Assembly (NCBI RefSeq): GCF_018977255.1
Contig: NW_024704743.1
Location: 48,486,001-48,550,000, forward strand
DNA: 64,000 bases
Direction: 5' to 3'
From: Callorhinchus milii
Lineage: Eukaryota
The notes beneath the pieces are model-generated. The model was not told the DNA's origin. It was given only the letters and a program-made list of their open reading frames with translations, and did no database searches. A program made the translations under genes and the position numbers. Below are positions 25,861 through 38,624 of the stretch, piece after piece; position 1 is the first letter of the stretch; each line of letters begins with the position of its first letter.

Positions 25861-26107
25861 AATAATCATTACTTGAGCAATGACACTGCTATCAACATAG
25901 AACACCCAAACTATCTGATTAGAGCAATTTCCATAATCACTGCAAAGGAATCAATCTTTTTTGTTTGCTGTTTAGACAAAGCATCAAAGGGAAAATTCTC
26001 CAATTGTCTAAATTTATTGATAGGAGGAGGAGAATACGACTGGTTCTCTGGCAGTCTGTAAATCTACTGACCTTAGATGTGTGAGCTTATAATAGATTCA
26101 TTTTTAG

Positions 26108-26330
26108 AGTTTGCATTTTTATAGTGCCTCATCATGTTGAAAACTGACAAATTGCTTTACAAGTGTCAAATGTATTTTTTAGGCAAATGCAGCAGCCATT
26201 TGACCCAGCAAGGTACCACAAACAGTAATAAGGTGGATGGCCATTTTTTGGAGGATTGTTGGCCAGGATTTCAATAGAAACTTCCTTCTCTATTCAAATA
26301 ATGTCAAGGAATCTTTAACATTTACCTAAA
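26108..26330 (-). mobile_element. Old Deu-domain SINE (duplicate at ~33922-34144)
   Basis: GGAGGATTGTTGGCCAGGA..GGAATCTTTAACATTTACC. Confidence 0.65.
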
Positions 26331-26989
26331 GAGCCAGATTTTCCAATGACAGGATTATCATACAATGATTGAGATTACAGTACAAAATGGAGATTATTCA
26401 GCCCATTGAGTGTATCCCTCTTTACTCTTTTACAACATGATAGCTTCAATGTGTCCATCTGATATTGTGGATAGAAACCCTCATGAAAACTGGTTTGCTG
26501 CTATTTCTGGCTAAAAACAATTTATCTTTATAATTCTGATCCTGATTGACTGGTCGTTCCACCATTTTTTTTCATAATTGCAACAATTGGGAATTTACTT
26601 CTTACCAACTTAACTCCAGGGAAAACTCACTTCATTTGCATTCTATTTTTAGGCTTATTAAAATTATTTCCATTTAAACCATGCAAAAATCATACCGGAA
26701 GCATTGTTGTTCAGCAGTTTAGTAAAATTTGTCTATTGATAGCTACATCCCATGGGTCTTTGTCATATATCGTCCACTTAACACAAACATATTGTCTCTA
26801 GCAGGCAGGGTTCGATGCTGAATGTTTTAGGTGTATTCCATTATATGTATGATATGCCAATACAGCAGTGGAGTTTTGAATTCCTAAGGGGGATGATTCA
26901 ACAGCAGTCTTGCAAAGGCTGGTATTTTGGATTGAATTTACCAATCAAGTTTACAACAGTGTTGACTGGATAACTTATGTGAAACAATA

Positions 26990-27265
26990 TTCTTTTATCT
27001 TGAAAGGCTTTTGACACCGTCAATCACAACATACTTAGTAATAAAGTACATGGAATGCCTTATCAAATAATTCAGTGAAATAGCTTCAATCTTATCTTAT
27101 GGACAGACATCAAAGAGTTGCTTTTAATGGATTGTTCTTTAACACGCACCTGATTGACATCCATGTTCCTCAGGGCTCTGCACTAGTTCCTTTACTGTTC
27201 AGGTGTTATACGACCTGCCAAAAATCTGAACTCATTCCAAAGTCTATTCATACATAGATGGCACA
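26990..27265 (+). mobile_element. Ancient non-LTR RT core remnant, CR1/L2 group (duplicate at ~34804-35079)
   Basis: Translates with frameshifts to KAFDTVNHNIL, LQSYLMDRHQRVAFNG and VPQGSALVPLLF. Confidence 0.8.
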
Positions 27266-27454
27266 TTTGTATTTTATGGCCAGAAATTTTAAGAAACCAT
27301 TGAAAATATTATATTTTAATATATGACTAAAGTTCCTCAGTGCAGGCAAATCCATATACATAGTCTTGATACAAGGAACTGTGGCAGGATCTTTATAAGT
27401 TTATACCTGTTGTATTTCTTGCCCATTCAATAACTTGTCACTCGTCATTCTCAT

Positions 27455-27780
27455 CTGCTCCCTCCATTCAGTGGGTTCCGGCCTGCTCCATGTCTCCCGC
27501 CTGACCCGCCTTAACATCGGTGGCCGGGCTTTCAGTCTCTCTGCCCCTCACTCTGGAACTCCATCCCACGGTCCCTTTGCTTTGCTTCCTCCCTTGCCTC
27601 CTTCAAGGCCGGTCTCAAGACCTTCCTCTTCAATCATGCCTTCAGTCGCCCTCCCACCTCTCTGCCTTCCCTGACCTCTACCCTTCCCATGCTCGGGTCC
27701 TGACACCTGACTGTCCAGCACCTTGGGACGTCCTCCCGATGTGAAAGGCGCTCTATAAATGTAATTTTGTTGTTGTTGTT
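27455..27780 (+). mobile_element. L2 3' fragment (duplicate at ~35269-35594)
   Basis: GSGLLHVSRLTRLNIGGRAFSLSAP, with tail GAAAGGCGCTCTATAAATGTAATTTTG(TTG)n. Confidence 0.9.
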
Positions 27781-28110
27781 AATAGCAACCTATTATAGTT
27801 CAATTGAAAAGAACTGACCACCCTCGCCCCCACCAGCTCTCCCACCAATCCCACACTAAAAAAAACTGACAATCTAACAACAAAAACAAACAATTATTAA
27901 TTACATTCAATCAGCTCATCTGGATAATCCATTTTCTCTTATGTAACAAAATCCCGATTAACTAGTAATACTGACATTACATTAAGTGTATCAAACATGG
28001 CTTTTCACATAAGGAGACAACATTCCTTTTATCATTAAACCTGCGCGTTAGAGGAACTTTTCAAAGAAATATCAATGAAATCATATGAGTGTCCAACATT
28101 CCTTTGATTC

Positions 28111-28484
28111 TAGGGCGAAGCGGAGATTTGGGCAAGTTTCCTTTCTCCGCAGACATCTGTTTGCCTGGCAGTGTGTAGGAACCCGATTGTTGGTCGATCA
28201 GCAGATTGAACCCCTCAAAAAAATGTGGTCACTCAATTCAAGACTGTTTGTGGGACACTATTGTGCGCAATTGGTTGCCGCGTTTCGCCCACAAAATACA
28301 CAGTCACTCCACTTTGCGGTGTATCCTGTGAAGCACTTTGAGATGTTTCAACAATGTGATAAGGCACTATATCATATGTGCATGCGACCGCCATGAAGCC
28401 GTAAGGCAAACTAGATGGACCTTGGTCTTTTTCCGTCTAACATTTCTTATGTTCTTATTGAATGCTGGGATTATTATTATTATT
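28111..28484 (+). mobile_element. Headless SINE family A with a CR1 3' tail inserted at ~28375-28457 (duplicate at ~35926-36299)
   Basis: Body TTGGGCAAGTTTCC. The tail is split between GCACTATATC and AATGCTGGGA(TTA)n by GATGGACCTTGGTCTT..TTCTTATGTTCTTA. Confidence 0.8.
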
Positions 28485-29457
28485 CCTAAATGGAAGAAAT
28501 GTTATTCTATCATCAGTGAAATCAAAACAGCTGATATTGATGTAGCAGCTTTAATGCATTGTTCTTGTTTTTACTGTATGTAAGAAGTAAAGTGTTTGTT
28601 AATATGCCTGTAATTCCCGACAGCAAATGGTTCAATGGCATCCCTCCAAAAAGTTGCTTTTGGAATGAAGCCCTAATAGTGCAGACAGGAACAAAATAAA
28701 CATTTGGTAGGAGAAGTGTTTCTAGTTCCCCCTCACCCAATATCCAAACAAAGCAAGAAGTATGATAGTGTAGCGCTCACAGAGGGGTATCAGGAGGTCT
28801 GCAGGAAACCTCTGACGTTCCAGAAAAGTGTTAAAATTGTAAATATTGGCAGAACCAAAAGGCACGTATGCACTTTGGGAGAGTTAATGTGCTAACTCAT
28901 ATTTGCTAAACTAAACCCTGGCAGAGAAAGTCAGGAATAACATTATAAGAATTTATAAACATGAAATTAGCAGTATTATGCAAATTATAATGAATGAGGC
29001 CAAAAGGAGAGTCAATGTGAGGAAACAAATCATGCTCCTAAAGCTCAAAGGCAAAATGAGCACTCAACAAGGGTGACAGGTAGTGTCTCCCCACATCCCA
29101 GATATGAAAGCACTTATGTCAATTGAGAAGACCGTGGTGGCATTATAGAGAAAGAGTGCTTGCAAAGCATGGACTTGGAGGAGAAAAAAGTTTTGCCAGT
29201 ACATATCACATTATTCAGAATCTGAATAATTATTGTTTCCAAGTGCATCGTAGGACATTCCATGTCAATATTGCAGTTGTGTCTGAGCAGTACAGCAGGA
29301 AACAAATGGATGTATACCGACTGTTCGCTTACTGAATGAGAAGAGACATGGACTATCGGCCACACATCAGAAAAAGAACCTTTAGCACTCCTACTTGAGC
29401 ACAGAGAAATAAACTGGGAGATGTAGATTTTCTTAGAAAGCAGAAGCTGAGGTACAG

Positions 29458-29566
29458 AAAAAAGGAATAACAAAGAATGAGCGGGTTCAGTTGTTACTGG
29501 ATTCGAACCAGCGCGCTTCTGGTCTGCAAACAAGTTTCTGGCCTCCAATTGAGGCCATCCAGGCTC
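29458..29566 (-). ncRNA. Candidate Pol III (type 2 promoter) small RNA unit, tRNA/vault-like, ~105 nt
   Basis: Minus strand reads GAGCCTGGA, A-box-like TGGCCTCAATTGG, perfect B-box GGTTCGAATCC (29509-29499), then a T6 run (29463-29458). No SINE body follows. Confidence 0.45.
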
Positions 29567-29996
29567 AACATTCTTGATTGCTTTAGTAATACTTAAAAAC
29601 ATTTGCCGTTGCTAAATTCGCTGTTATCAAATCAAACCTGGAATGAATAATTCACTTTTGAATGCAGCTTATCAGCTCCACAATGTTTGAAGCTTCAACT
29701 TTTATCAGGAGTAATAACAGGGAGGGAGCATTGTTAAACATGGACAAAATGTCCGATGGTCTTTCAGTCCACTTAGCCACATCTACATCTATTGCTGAGT
29801 CAGTAAGCAATAAGCAGGAATGAATGGATCAAGGTAACTATGACCATATACATACATCAGGTCTCCACCTAGCACAATTGTAGCACTCTCGCTTCTGAGT
29901 CAGAACTTTGTTAGTCTGTCACAGTTACCCTGTTTCTGCAATCCTTAGTAATATGTAAATAATATATATATATATATATATTATTTTAAGGGAAAT

Positions 29997-30026
29997 NNNN
30001 NNNNNNNNNNNNNNNNNNNNNNNNNN
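29997..30026. other. Assembly gap (30 N)
   Basis: Run of N. Confidence 1.
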
Positions 30027-30097
30027 TGCTTTATCATATTCCGGATCCTTTTACTATGCAGACTTAACGGTGTCAGCTTTTGCAACCCCTCTTTCCC

Positions 30098-33000
30098 AAT
30101 GGTAATTTTATGCAGTGCTTGTGGCTGCTTGGTCCAGGCACAGGATACATTTATGTATATTGATAATCTTTCATTTTTCCAGTGGCTGTTGCCCTGTGGC
30201 TGTTAAACGCAATGTTTGGTATTACTCTCAGGGTACTTTTTCGTATGACAATAGGTTTTGAATGTGGGTTGGACTGCTATCTTACAGATTATATCTGTTC
30301 AAACACATAGAGTTGTCTTCATTATTGTAACTAACCACTAACAAAAAAGATTACAAGATTAAATATATAAGTAACATCACCTATGTGTGTGTTTGATTGC
30401 AGTTACTCCATGGTTCCATTTTACACCAATACCTCTGTGATACATAACAAACGCTAGAAATATAACAATTATCCTGATATTTGATACGTTATCACATCGT
30501 CAAAACTTCTCAAAGCACTTCACAGGATTCACTGTAAAGTGTTGTGCATGTATATTTTCAGGTGATCGCAGTAGCCAACTTGCACAGAGTTATGCCCCAC
30601 AAACAGCTAAGAAGTGAATTACAATATAAATTTACATTTATATAACGCCTTGCATGTCGAGAGGATGTTCCAATATGCTTAACGGTCCTGCCTTGACACC
30701 CAAGCTGGCATAGGAGTGGGGAAGCGAAAGATGAGCTGCCTCCACCCTGAACTCCAGGACTACTGGCGTCCTGACCGACTGCCTGTCCGACATCAAGTCC
30801 TGGACAAGGGCCAACTTTCTCCAACTCAATGTCAGCAAGACCAAGGCCCTCCTGATTGGCTCATGCCAACGTCTCCGCACCTCAGGCGCTGGCAGCATCA
30901 GCCTCCACGGCTGCACACTCAACCCCACTAAGCCAGTCAGGAACCTGGGTGTCTTGTTTGACCCTGAACTGTCCTTTCTCCCCAAAAACCGGGCCATGAC
31001 CACCTCCACAACATTGCCAGACTCCGCCACTGCCCCACCCCTTAGGCTGCCGAAACACATTTGTCACCTCAAGGCTCGATTACAGGAATTCCCTCCTCAT
31101 CGGTCTTCCCAACTCTTCCCTTCACAAGCTGCAGATCATCCAAAACTCTGCAGCTCGTGTACTCTCACGCACGAGGCTCCGTGACGCCATCACCCCACCC
31201 TCGCCCGACTCCACTCGCTCCCCATCCCCCAGAGGATCGAGTTCAAGATCCTCGTCTTCACCTTTAAGGCCATCCATGGCCTTGCCCGCTCCTACCTCTC
31301 TGACCTGCTGACTCCCTAACAACCTGCCCGCTCCTCCGTTCAGCGGGCTTCGGCCTGCTCCATGTCTTCCGCCCGACCCGCCCTACCATCGGTGGCCGGC
31401 TCTCTGCCCCCACACTCTGGAACTCCATCCCACGGTCCCTTCGCCTCGCTTCCTCCCTTGCCTCCTTCAAGGCCAGTCTCAAGACCCTTCTCTTCGACCA
31501 TGCCTTTGGTCTCTCTCCCACCTCTCCTCCTTCCCTCACCCCTACACCACCCCTCCCCCATGCTCGGGCCCCGACACCTGATTGTTCAACGCTTTGGGAC
31601 ATCCTCCCGACGTGAAAGGCGCTCTATAAATGTAATTTTGTTGTTTGTTGTTGTTGAGCGAAAGCGCAGTCAGAGGTTGGTCTTGAGACAGACCTTGAAT
31701 GAGGTGAGTGACTGAGAGAATCAGAGGGACTCCAGGAGGGAGCTCCAGAGTGTGGGGGCAAAATGGCTGAAAGCCCGCTTGCCGATGATGGGGCAGATAG
31801 GGCAGGGATGTGAGGCGAGTTTTATCTGAGAGATTGTTGGCCAGGACACCAGAAAATCCCATCTCTTCTCAAATAGTGCCACAGGATGTTACCTGAACAG
31901 GCAGGCAGCAGGACATTGGTTCAACATCTCATCCAAAGGATGGCACCTCCAACAATGCAGTGTCAGCCTACATTTAAGTTCAAAGTACCAACATTGGGTT
32001 TCAACCCACAACGCCCTGATTCAGAAGTGAGAGTGCTGCCAATTTAGCCAGGCTGATAGCTGAGCCAGGCTGACATCATTTGAGCAGTGTTGCCCATGGA
32101 GTAACTGCAATAGACAGGTGTGGCTACGGCGACACCATTTTAGCAACAGTAAAATAATTTTAATAGAAAATGCATTACCTACATTCTCACACAATACAGG
32201 TAAATGTACTTCACATGTATGTTTATAACAACTTGCATTTATATAGCACCCTTCACGCCAGACGTTGTTTACGTGTATATTTACTTAAGAAACATCTACC
32301 ACCATTCAGTGCGACACTTTGCAGTGTTTTTCTTTTGCTGGATGCACAGACCCGCCCCTGCTCTCCACCCAGAGTGTGGGTGTTTGGTTGCTGTTTGCCC
32401 TTTGCCAGGATGAGCCCTGTTGGAGCTGTTCATTATTGACTGGGTTTGCTTTCTTCTGCTGCCTGGAATGGTTATTCCAGTTGGTCGAGCTGACCATGAT
32501 TGACAGCTCCCCTCTTCACACAATATTGCTGGTGCTGAAACCTGGTGTTTTCACCAGTGTTACACACCATTTTAGCAGATAACCAATAAGTAGTAACCAT
32601 GAAAATAAAGCATACATGACAATCAAAAAACCCTCACACCCGCTGCTTTTTGTCTTACTATTTTACCAACAAATGCACAAAAAGGTCAAAGTACACATCC
32701 ATATGCCGTGCAAATATGAGTATTGAGATCACACGCACTATGGTGTTTATTATTCATTTTTTTATTTACTAATCAAAAATGCAATTTAGCCATATCTGGA
32801 TTCCCAATTCACCATATGTGGCTCATGGCTAATGTTTTGGACAAACCTGCTTCAGAGAATCAGAAAAGCAGCAACAAAGTTTTCAGGTTCAACAGTTATA
32901 AATTGTGCAGTTATGTTACATCTCTTATCCAATGAAGCAAAGCCATTGGAGGAGTATTTTGAGGGGAGAAGAAAGTGAAGGGAAATCACCAAAACTACTG

Positions 33001-36000
33001 AGGACTATATAAGGGGGAAAAAATCTTTGAAACGCATACCACATTAAATCTAAATAGTAAGAACATCTCCTTTACCAATTAATTCAGCAACAAATGGCAA
33101 AACTTTTCACAGCGAAATTCTGAAATGGTTTAAATACAAACTTCTTATTGCAAACCCCAGAGAGACATCATATCCCAAATGGTACGCAGAACACCAATGC
33201 CCATTATTAATAAATGGGACATACACTAATTACTGCAAATAATCTGAGTGGGTAACGTACAGTTCAATAACAGAAAATAACCCAGTCAATGCATTATAAC
33301 TTTATTAATCTCTTATTTCAGTTTCTTTCGGCCAAGTCTCCCAACAGCCCAGTTTAAATAGGCTTGATTTAAAAAAATGAACTATACCACACAGCAGTTC
33401 AAACAATAAAGAAAATCTCATATTGCCATTGATGCATTGTTGAACCTATACAGTTTACCAGAACTGCCTTTGATCCACGTGAAAGAAAGAATTGTGGCAC
33501 TGTTTAAGATCCAACTTTCACCTGTTCACTAATGAATATGCAGCATTAATAATAATAATAATAATAATAATCCTTGCATTTGATATAGCGCTTTTCACGT
33601 CGGGAGGACGTCCCAAAGCGCTTCACAGAACACACTGTAAAGTGAATTGACTGTATATTTGTGGGCGAACAAACAATAATCATTACTTGAGCAATGACAC
33701 TGCTATCAACATAGAACACCCAAACTATCTGATTAGAGCAATTTCCATAATCACTGCAAAGGAATCAATCTTTTTTGTTTGCTGTTTAGACAAAGCATCA
33801 AAGGGAAAATTCTCCAATTGTCTAAATTTATTGATAGGAGGAGGAGAATACGACTGGTTCTCTGGCAGTCTGTAAATCTACTGACCTTAGATGTGTGAGC
33901 TTATAATAGATTCATTTTTAGAGTTTGCATTTTTATAGTGCCTCATCATGTTGAAAACTGACAAATTGCTTTACAAGTGTCAAATGTATTTTTTAGGCAA
34001 ATGCAGCAGCCATTTGACCCAGCAAGGTACCACAAACAGTAATAAGGTGGATGGCCATTTTTTGGAGGATTGTTGGCCAGGATTTCAATAGAAACTTCCT
34101 TCTCTATTCAAATAATGTCAAGGAATCTTTAACATTTACCTAAAGAGCCAGATTTTCCAATGACAGGATTATCATACAATGATTGAGATTACAGTACAAA
34201 ATGGAGATTATTCAGCCCATTGAGTGTATCCCTCTTTACTCTTTTACAACATGATAGCTTCAATGTGTCCATCTGATATTGTGGATAGAAACCCTCATGA
34301 AAACTGGTTTGCTGCTATTTCTGGCTAAAAACAATTTATCTTTATAATTCTGATCCTGATTGACTGGTCGTTCCACCATTTTTTTTCATAATTGCAACAA
34401 TTGGGAATTTACTTCTTACCAACTTAACTCCAGGGAAAACTCACTTCATTTGCATTCTATTTTTAGGCTTATTAAAATTATTTCCATTTAAACCATGCAA
34501 AAATCATACCGGAAGCATTGTTGTTCAGCAGTTTAGTAAAATTTGTCTATTGATAGCTACATCCCATGGGTCTTTGTCATATATCGTCCACTTAACACAA
34601 ACATATTGTCTCTAGCAGGCAGGGTTCGATGCTGAATGTTTTAGGTGTATTCCATTATATGTATGATATGCCAATACAGCAGTGGAGTTTTGAATTCCTA
34701 AGGGGGATGATTCAACAGCAGTCTTGCAAAGGCTGGTATTTTGGATTGAATTTACCAATCAAGTTTACAACAGTGTTGACTGGATAACTTATGTGAAACA
34801 ATATTCTTTTATCTTGAAAGGCTTTTGACACCGTCAATCACAACATACTTAGTAATAAAGTACATGGAATGCCTTATCAAATAATTCAGTGAAATAGCTT
34901 CAATCTTATCTTATGGACAGACATCAAAGAGTTGCTTTTAATGGATTGTTCTTTAACACGCACCTGATTGACATCCATGTTCCTCAGGGCTCTGCACTAG
35001 TTCCTTTACTGTTCAGGTGTTATACGACCTGCCAAAAATCTGAACTCATTCCAAAGTCTATTCATACATAGATGGCACATTTGTATTTTATGGCCAGAAA
35101 TTTTAAGAAACCATTGAAAATATTATATTTTAATATATGACTAAAGTTCCTCAGTGCAGGCAAATCCATATACATAGTCTTGATACAAGGAACTGTGGCA
35201 GGATCTTTATAAGTTTATACCTGTTGTATTTCTTGCCCATTCAATAACTTGTCACTCGTCATTCTCATCTGCTCCCTCCATTCAGTGGGTTCCGGCCTGC
35301 TCCATGTCTCCCGCCTGACCCGCCTTAACATCGGTGGCCGGGCTTTCAGTCTCTCTGCCCCTCACTCTGGAACTCCATCCCACGGTCCCTTTGCTTTGCT
35401 TCCTCCCTTGCCTCCTTCAAGGCCGGTCTCAAGACCTTCCTCTTCAATCATGCCTTCAGTCGCCCTCCCACCTCTCTGCCTTCCCTGACCTCTACCCTTC
35501 CCATGCTCGGGTCCTGACACCTGACTGTCCAGCACCTTGGGACGTCCTCCCGATGTGAAAGGCGCTCTATAAATGTAATTTTGTTGTTGTTGTTAATAGC
35601 AACCTATTATAGTTCAATTGAAAAGAACTGACCACCCTCGCCCCCACCAGCTCTCCCACCAATCCCACACTAAAAAAAACTGACAATCTAACAACAAAAA
35701 CAAACAATTATTAATTACATTCAATCAGCTCATCTGGATAATCCATTTTCTCTTATGTAACAAAAATCCCGATTAACTAGTAATACTGACATTACATTAA
35801 GTGTATCAAACATGGCTTTTCACATAAGGAGACAACATTCCTTTTATCATTAAACCTGCGCGTTAGAGGAACTTTTCAAAGAAATATCAATGAAATCATA
35901 TGAGTGTCCAACATTCCTTTGATTCTAGGGCGAAGCGGAGATTTGGGCAAGTTTCCTTTCTCCGCAGACATCTGTTTGCCTGGCAGTGTGTAGGAACCCG

Positions 36001-37820
36001 ATTGTTGGTCGATCAGCAGATTGAACCCCTCAAAAAAATGTGGTCACTCAATTCAAGACTGTTTGTGGGACACTATTGTGCGCAATTGGTTGCCGCGTTT
36101 CGCCCACAAAATACACAGTCACTCCACTTTGCGGTGTATCCTGTGAAGCACTTTGAGATGTTTCAACAATGTGATAAGGCACTATATCATATGTGCATGC
36201 GACCGCCATGAAGCCGTAAGGCAAACTAGATGGACCTTGGTCTTTTTCCGTCTAACATTTCTTATGTTCTTATTGAATGCTGGGATTATTATTATTATTC
36301 CTAAATGGAAGAAATGTTATTCTATCATCAGTGAAATCAAAACAGCTGATATTGATGTAGCAGCTTTAATGCATTGTTCTTGTTTTTACTGTATGTAAGA
36401 AGTAAAGTGTTTGTTAATATGCCTGTAATTCCCGACAGCAAATGGTTCAATGGCATCCCTCCAAAAAGTTGCTTTTGGAATGAAGCCCTAATAGTGCAGA
36501 CAGGAACAAAATAAACATTTGGTAGGAGAAGTGTTTCTAGTTCCCCCTCACCCAATATCCAAACAAAGCAAGAAGTATGATAGTGTAGCGCTCACAGAGG
36601 GGTATCAGGAGGTCTGCAGGAAACCTCTGACGTTCCAGAAAAGTGTTAAAATTGTAAGTATTGGCAGAAGCAAAAGGCACGTATGCACTTTGGAGAGAGT
36701 TAATGTGCTAACTCATATTTGCTAAACTAAACCCTGGCAGAGAAAGTCAGGAATAACATTATAAAGAATTTATAAACATGAAATTAGCAGTATTATGCAA
36801 ATTATAATGAATGAGGCCCAAAAGGAAGAGTCAATGTGAGGAAACAAATCATGCTCCTAAAGCTCAAAGGCAAAATGAGCACTCAACAAGGGTGACAGGT
36901 AGTGTCTCCCCACATCCCAGATATGAAAGCACTTATGTCAATTGAGAAGACCGTGGTGGCATTATAGAGAAAGAGTGCTTGCAAAGCATGGACTTGGAGG
37001 AGAAAAAAGTTTTGCCAGTACATATCACATTATTCAGAATCTGAATAATTATTGTTTCCAAGTGCATCGTAGGACATTCCATGTCAATATTGCAGTTGTG
37101 TCTGAGCAGTACAGCAGGAAACAAATGGATGTATACCGACTGTTCGCTTACTGAATGAGAAGAAGACAATGGACTATCGGCCACACATCAGAAAAAGAAC
37201 CTTTAGCACTCCTACTTGAAGCACAGAGAAATAAACTGGGAGATGTAGATTTTTCTTAGAAAGCAGAAGCTGAGGTACAGAAAAAAAGGAATAACAAAGA
37301 ATGAGCGGGTTCAGTTGTTACTGGATTCGAACCAGCGCGCTTCTGGTCTGCAAACAAGTTTCTGGCCTCCAATTGAGGCCATCCAGGCTCAACATTCTTG
37401 ATTGCTTTAGTAATACTTAAAAACATTTGCCGTTGCTAAATTCGCTGTTATCAAATCAAACCTGGAATGAATAATTCACTTTTGAATGCAGCTTATCAGC
37501 TCCACAATGTTTGAAGCTTCAACTTTTATCAGGAGTAATAACAGGGAGGGAGCATTGTTAAACATGGACAAAATGTCCGCATGTCTTTCAGTCCACTTTA
37601 GCCACATCTACATCTATTGCTGAGTCAGTAAGCAATAAGCAGGAATGAATGGATCAAGGTAACTATGACCATATACATACATCAGGTCTCCACCTAGCAC
37701 AATTAGTAGCACTCTCGCTTCTGAGTCAGAAACTTTGTTAGTCTGTCACAGTTACCCTGTTTCTGCAATCCTTAGTAATATGTAAATAATATATATATAT
37801 ATATATTATTTAAGGGAAAT
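30098..37820 (+). repeat. ~7.7-kb duplicated block, copy 2
   Basis: Near-identical to 22258-29996. Confidence 0.97.
37281..37390 (-). ncRNA. Second copy of the candidate Pol III small RNA unit (inside the duplicated block)
   Basis: Same sequence as 29458-29566, with a T7 run. Confidence 0.4.
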
Positions 37821-38331
37821 GGGGAGGCCTGTCTCTTTAATTGAATTCTGTTGAAGAAGCTGCTTGCAAAAGATTTAATTACAGAAGCTGTTTGCAAAAG
37901 ATTTAGCAAATAGCATACATGAGGTGCCCAAGTTGCAACTCTATCTGGGCTCAAGGTTGCTTGATTGACAGGCAGTTAACAAGCAGCCTGGACAGTTACG
38001 TGAGCTCGCGTGCGGGGAAAAAGCCATCGCATCGCATCATCAGGGCCATGTGTCTATAAAAATCAATGCTCGCCATGCCTCATGGTCGCTGTCTAATGGT
38101 CGTCATCCGGTATGTACTTACATGTATAGGATTACTGTGCTGTCGGGTTAGTTTAATTACTTTATACTAGTGTAGTATTGTGGTACTGATTGTTATAGTT
38201 ATGTTTGTTAGTTATATTTGATTCCAATGTTGTTTATCTTATATGCAAGGTAGCCTAGAGATGCTAGGTCTCATTAAAGAGCTGTTGTTTTTACCGAATG
38301 TATCCTCGAGTCTCTGTAATATTCTAAAACA
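37781..38331 (+). mobile_element. Probable solo LTR
   Basis: TGT...ACA ends, a direct repeat AGAAGCTG(C/T)TTGCAAAAGATTTA x2, a CpG-rich segment, TATAAAA at ~38055 and ATTAAA at ~38273. No clear TSD was found. Confidence 0.45.
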
Positions 38332-38624
38332 AGAAAAGGAGTAAGCACTTAGAGAGTAGCTGTCGACATTAGAGTTCTGATAGTGTGACCAGACTCCGAT
38401 CAGGCATTGGACTTATCTGGAAATACCAGTCTGAGTGACTAATCCTGACTCTGTTGAGCCACCTTTGAGCAGGAACTCACACTGACAGGATTCGGAAAAA
38501 GAAGAGACCGCTTAGAACAAAAGCGTTACTAAAATTCGCAAGTACAACAAGGAGCGAGAACCATCGCAAGTCCATGACGGGACTTTGAAGTCACAGTGAA
38601 GGGCTGAGACTCCAATGCAATGCT

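Larger units (their letters stand above)
22258..29996 (+). repeat. ~7.7-kb duplicated block, copy 1
   Basis: Near-identical to 30098-37820, from AATGGTAATTTTATGCAG to TAAGGGAAAT. The ORF track lists the same peptides twice. Confidence 0.97.

Noticed and set aside
29480..29564. tRNA-Sec or tRNA-Cys gene
   Set aside because: No UCA anticodon, no long variable arm, a poor anticodon stem and no 3' acceptor strand. Kept only as a tRNA-like candidate.
29114..29602. 162-aa minus-strand ORF
   Set aside because: Broken by indels in the duplicate copy, and no recognisable domain.
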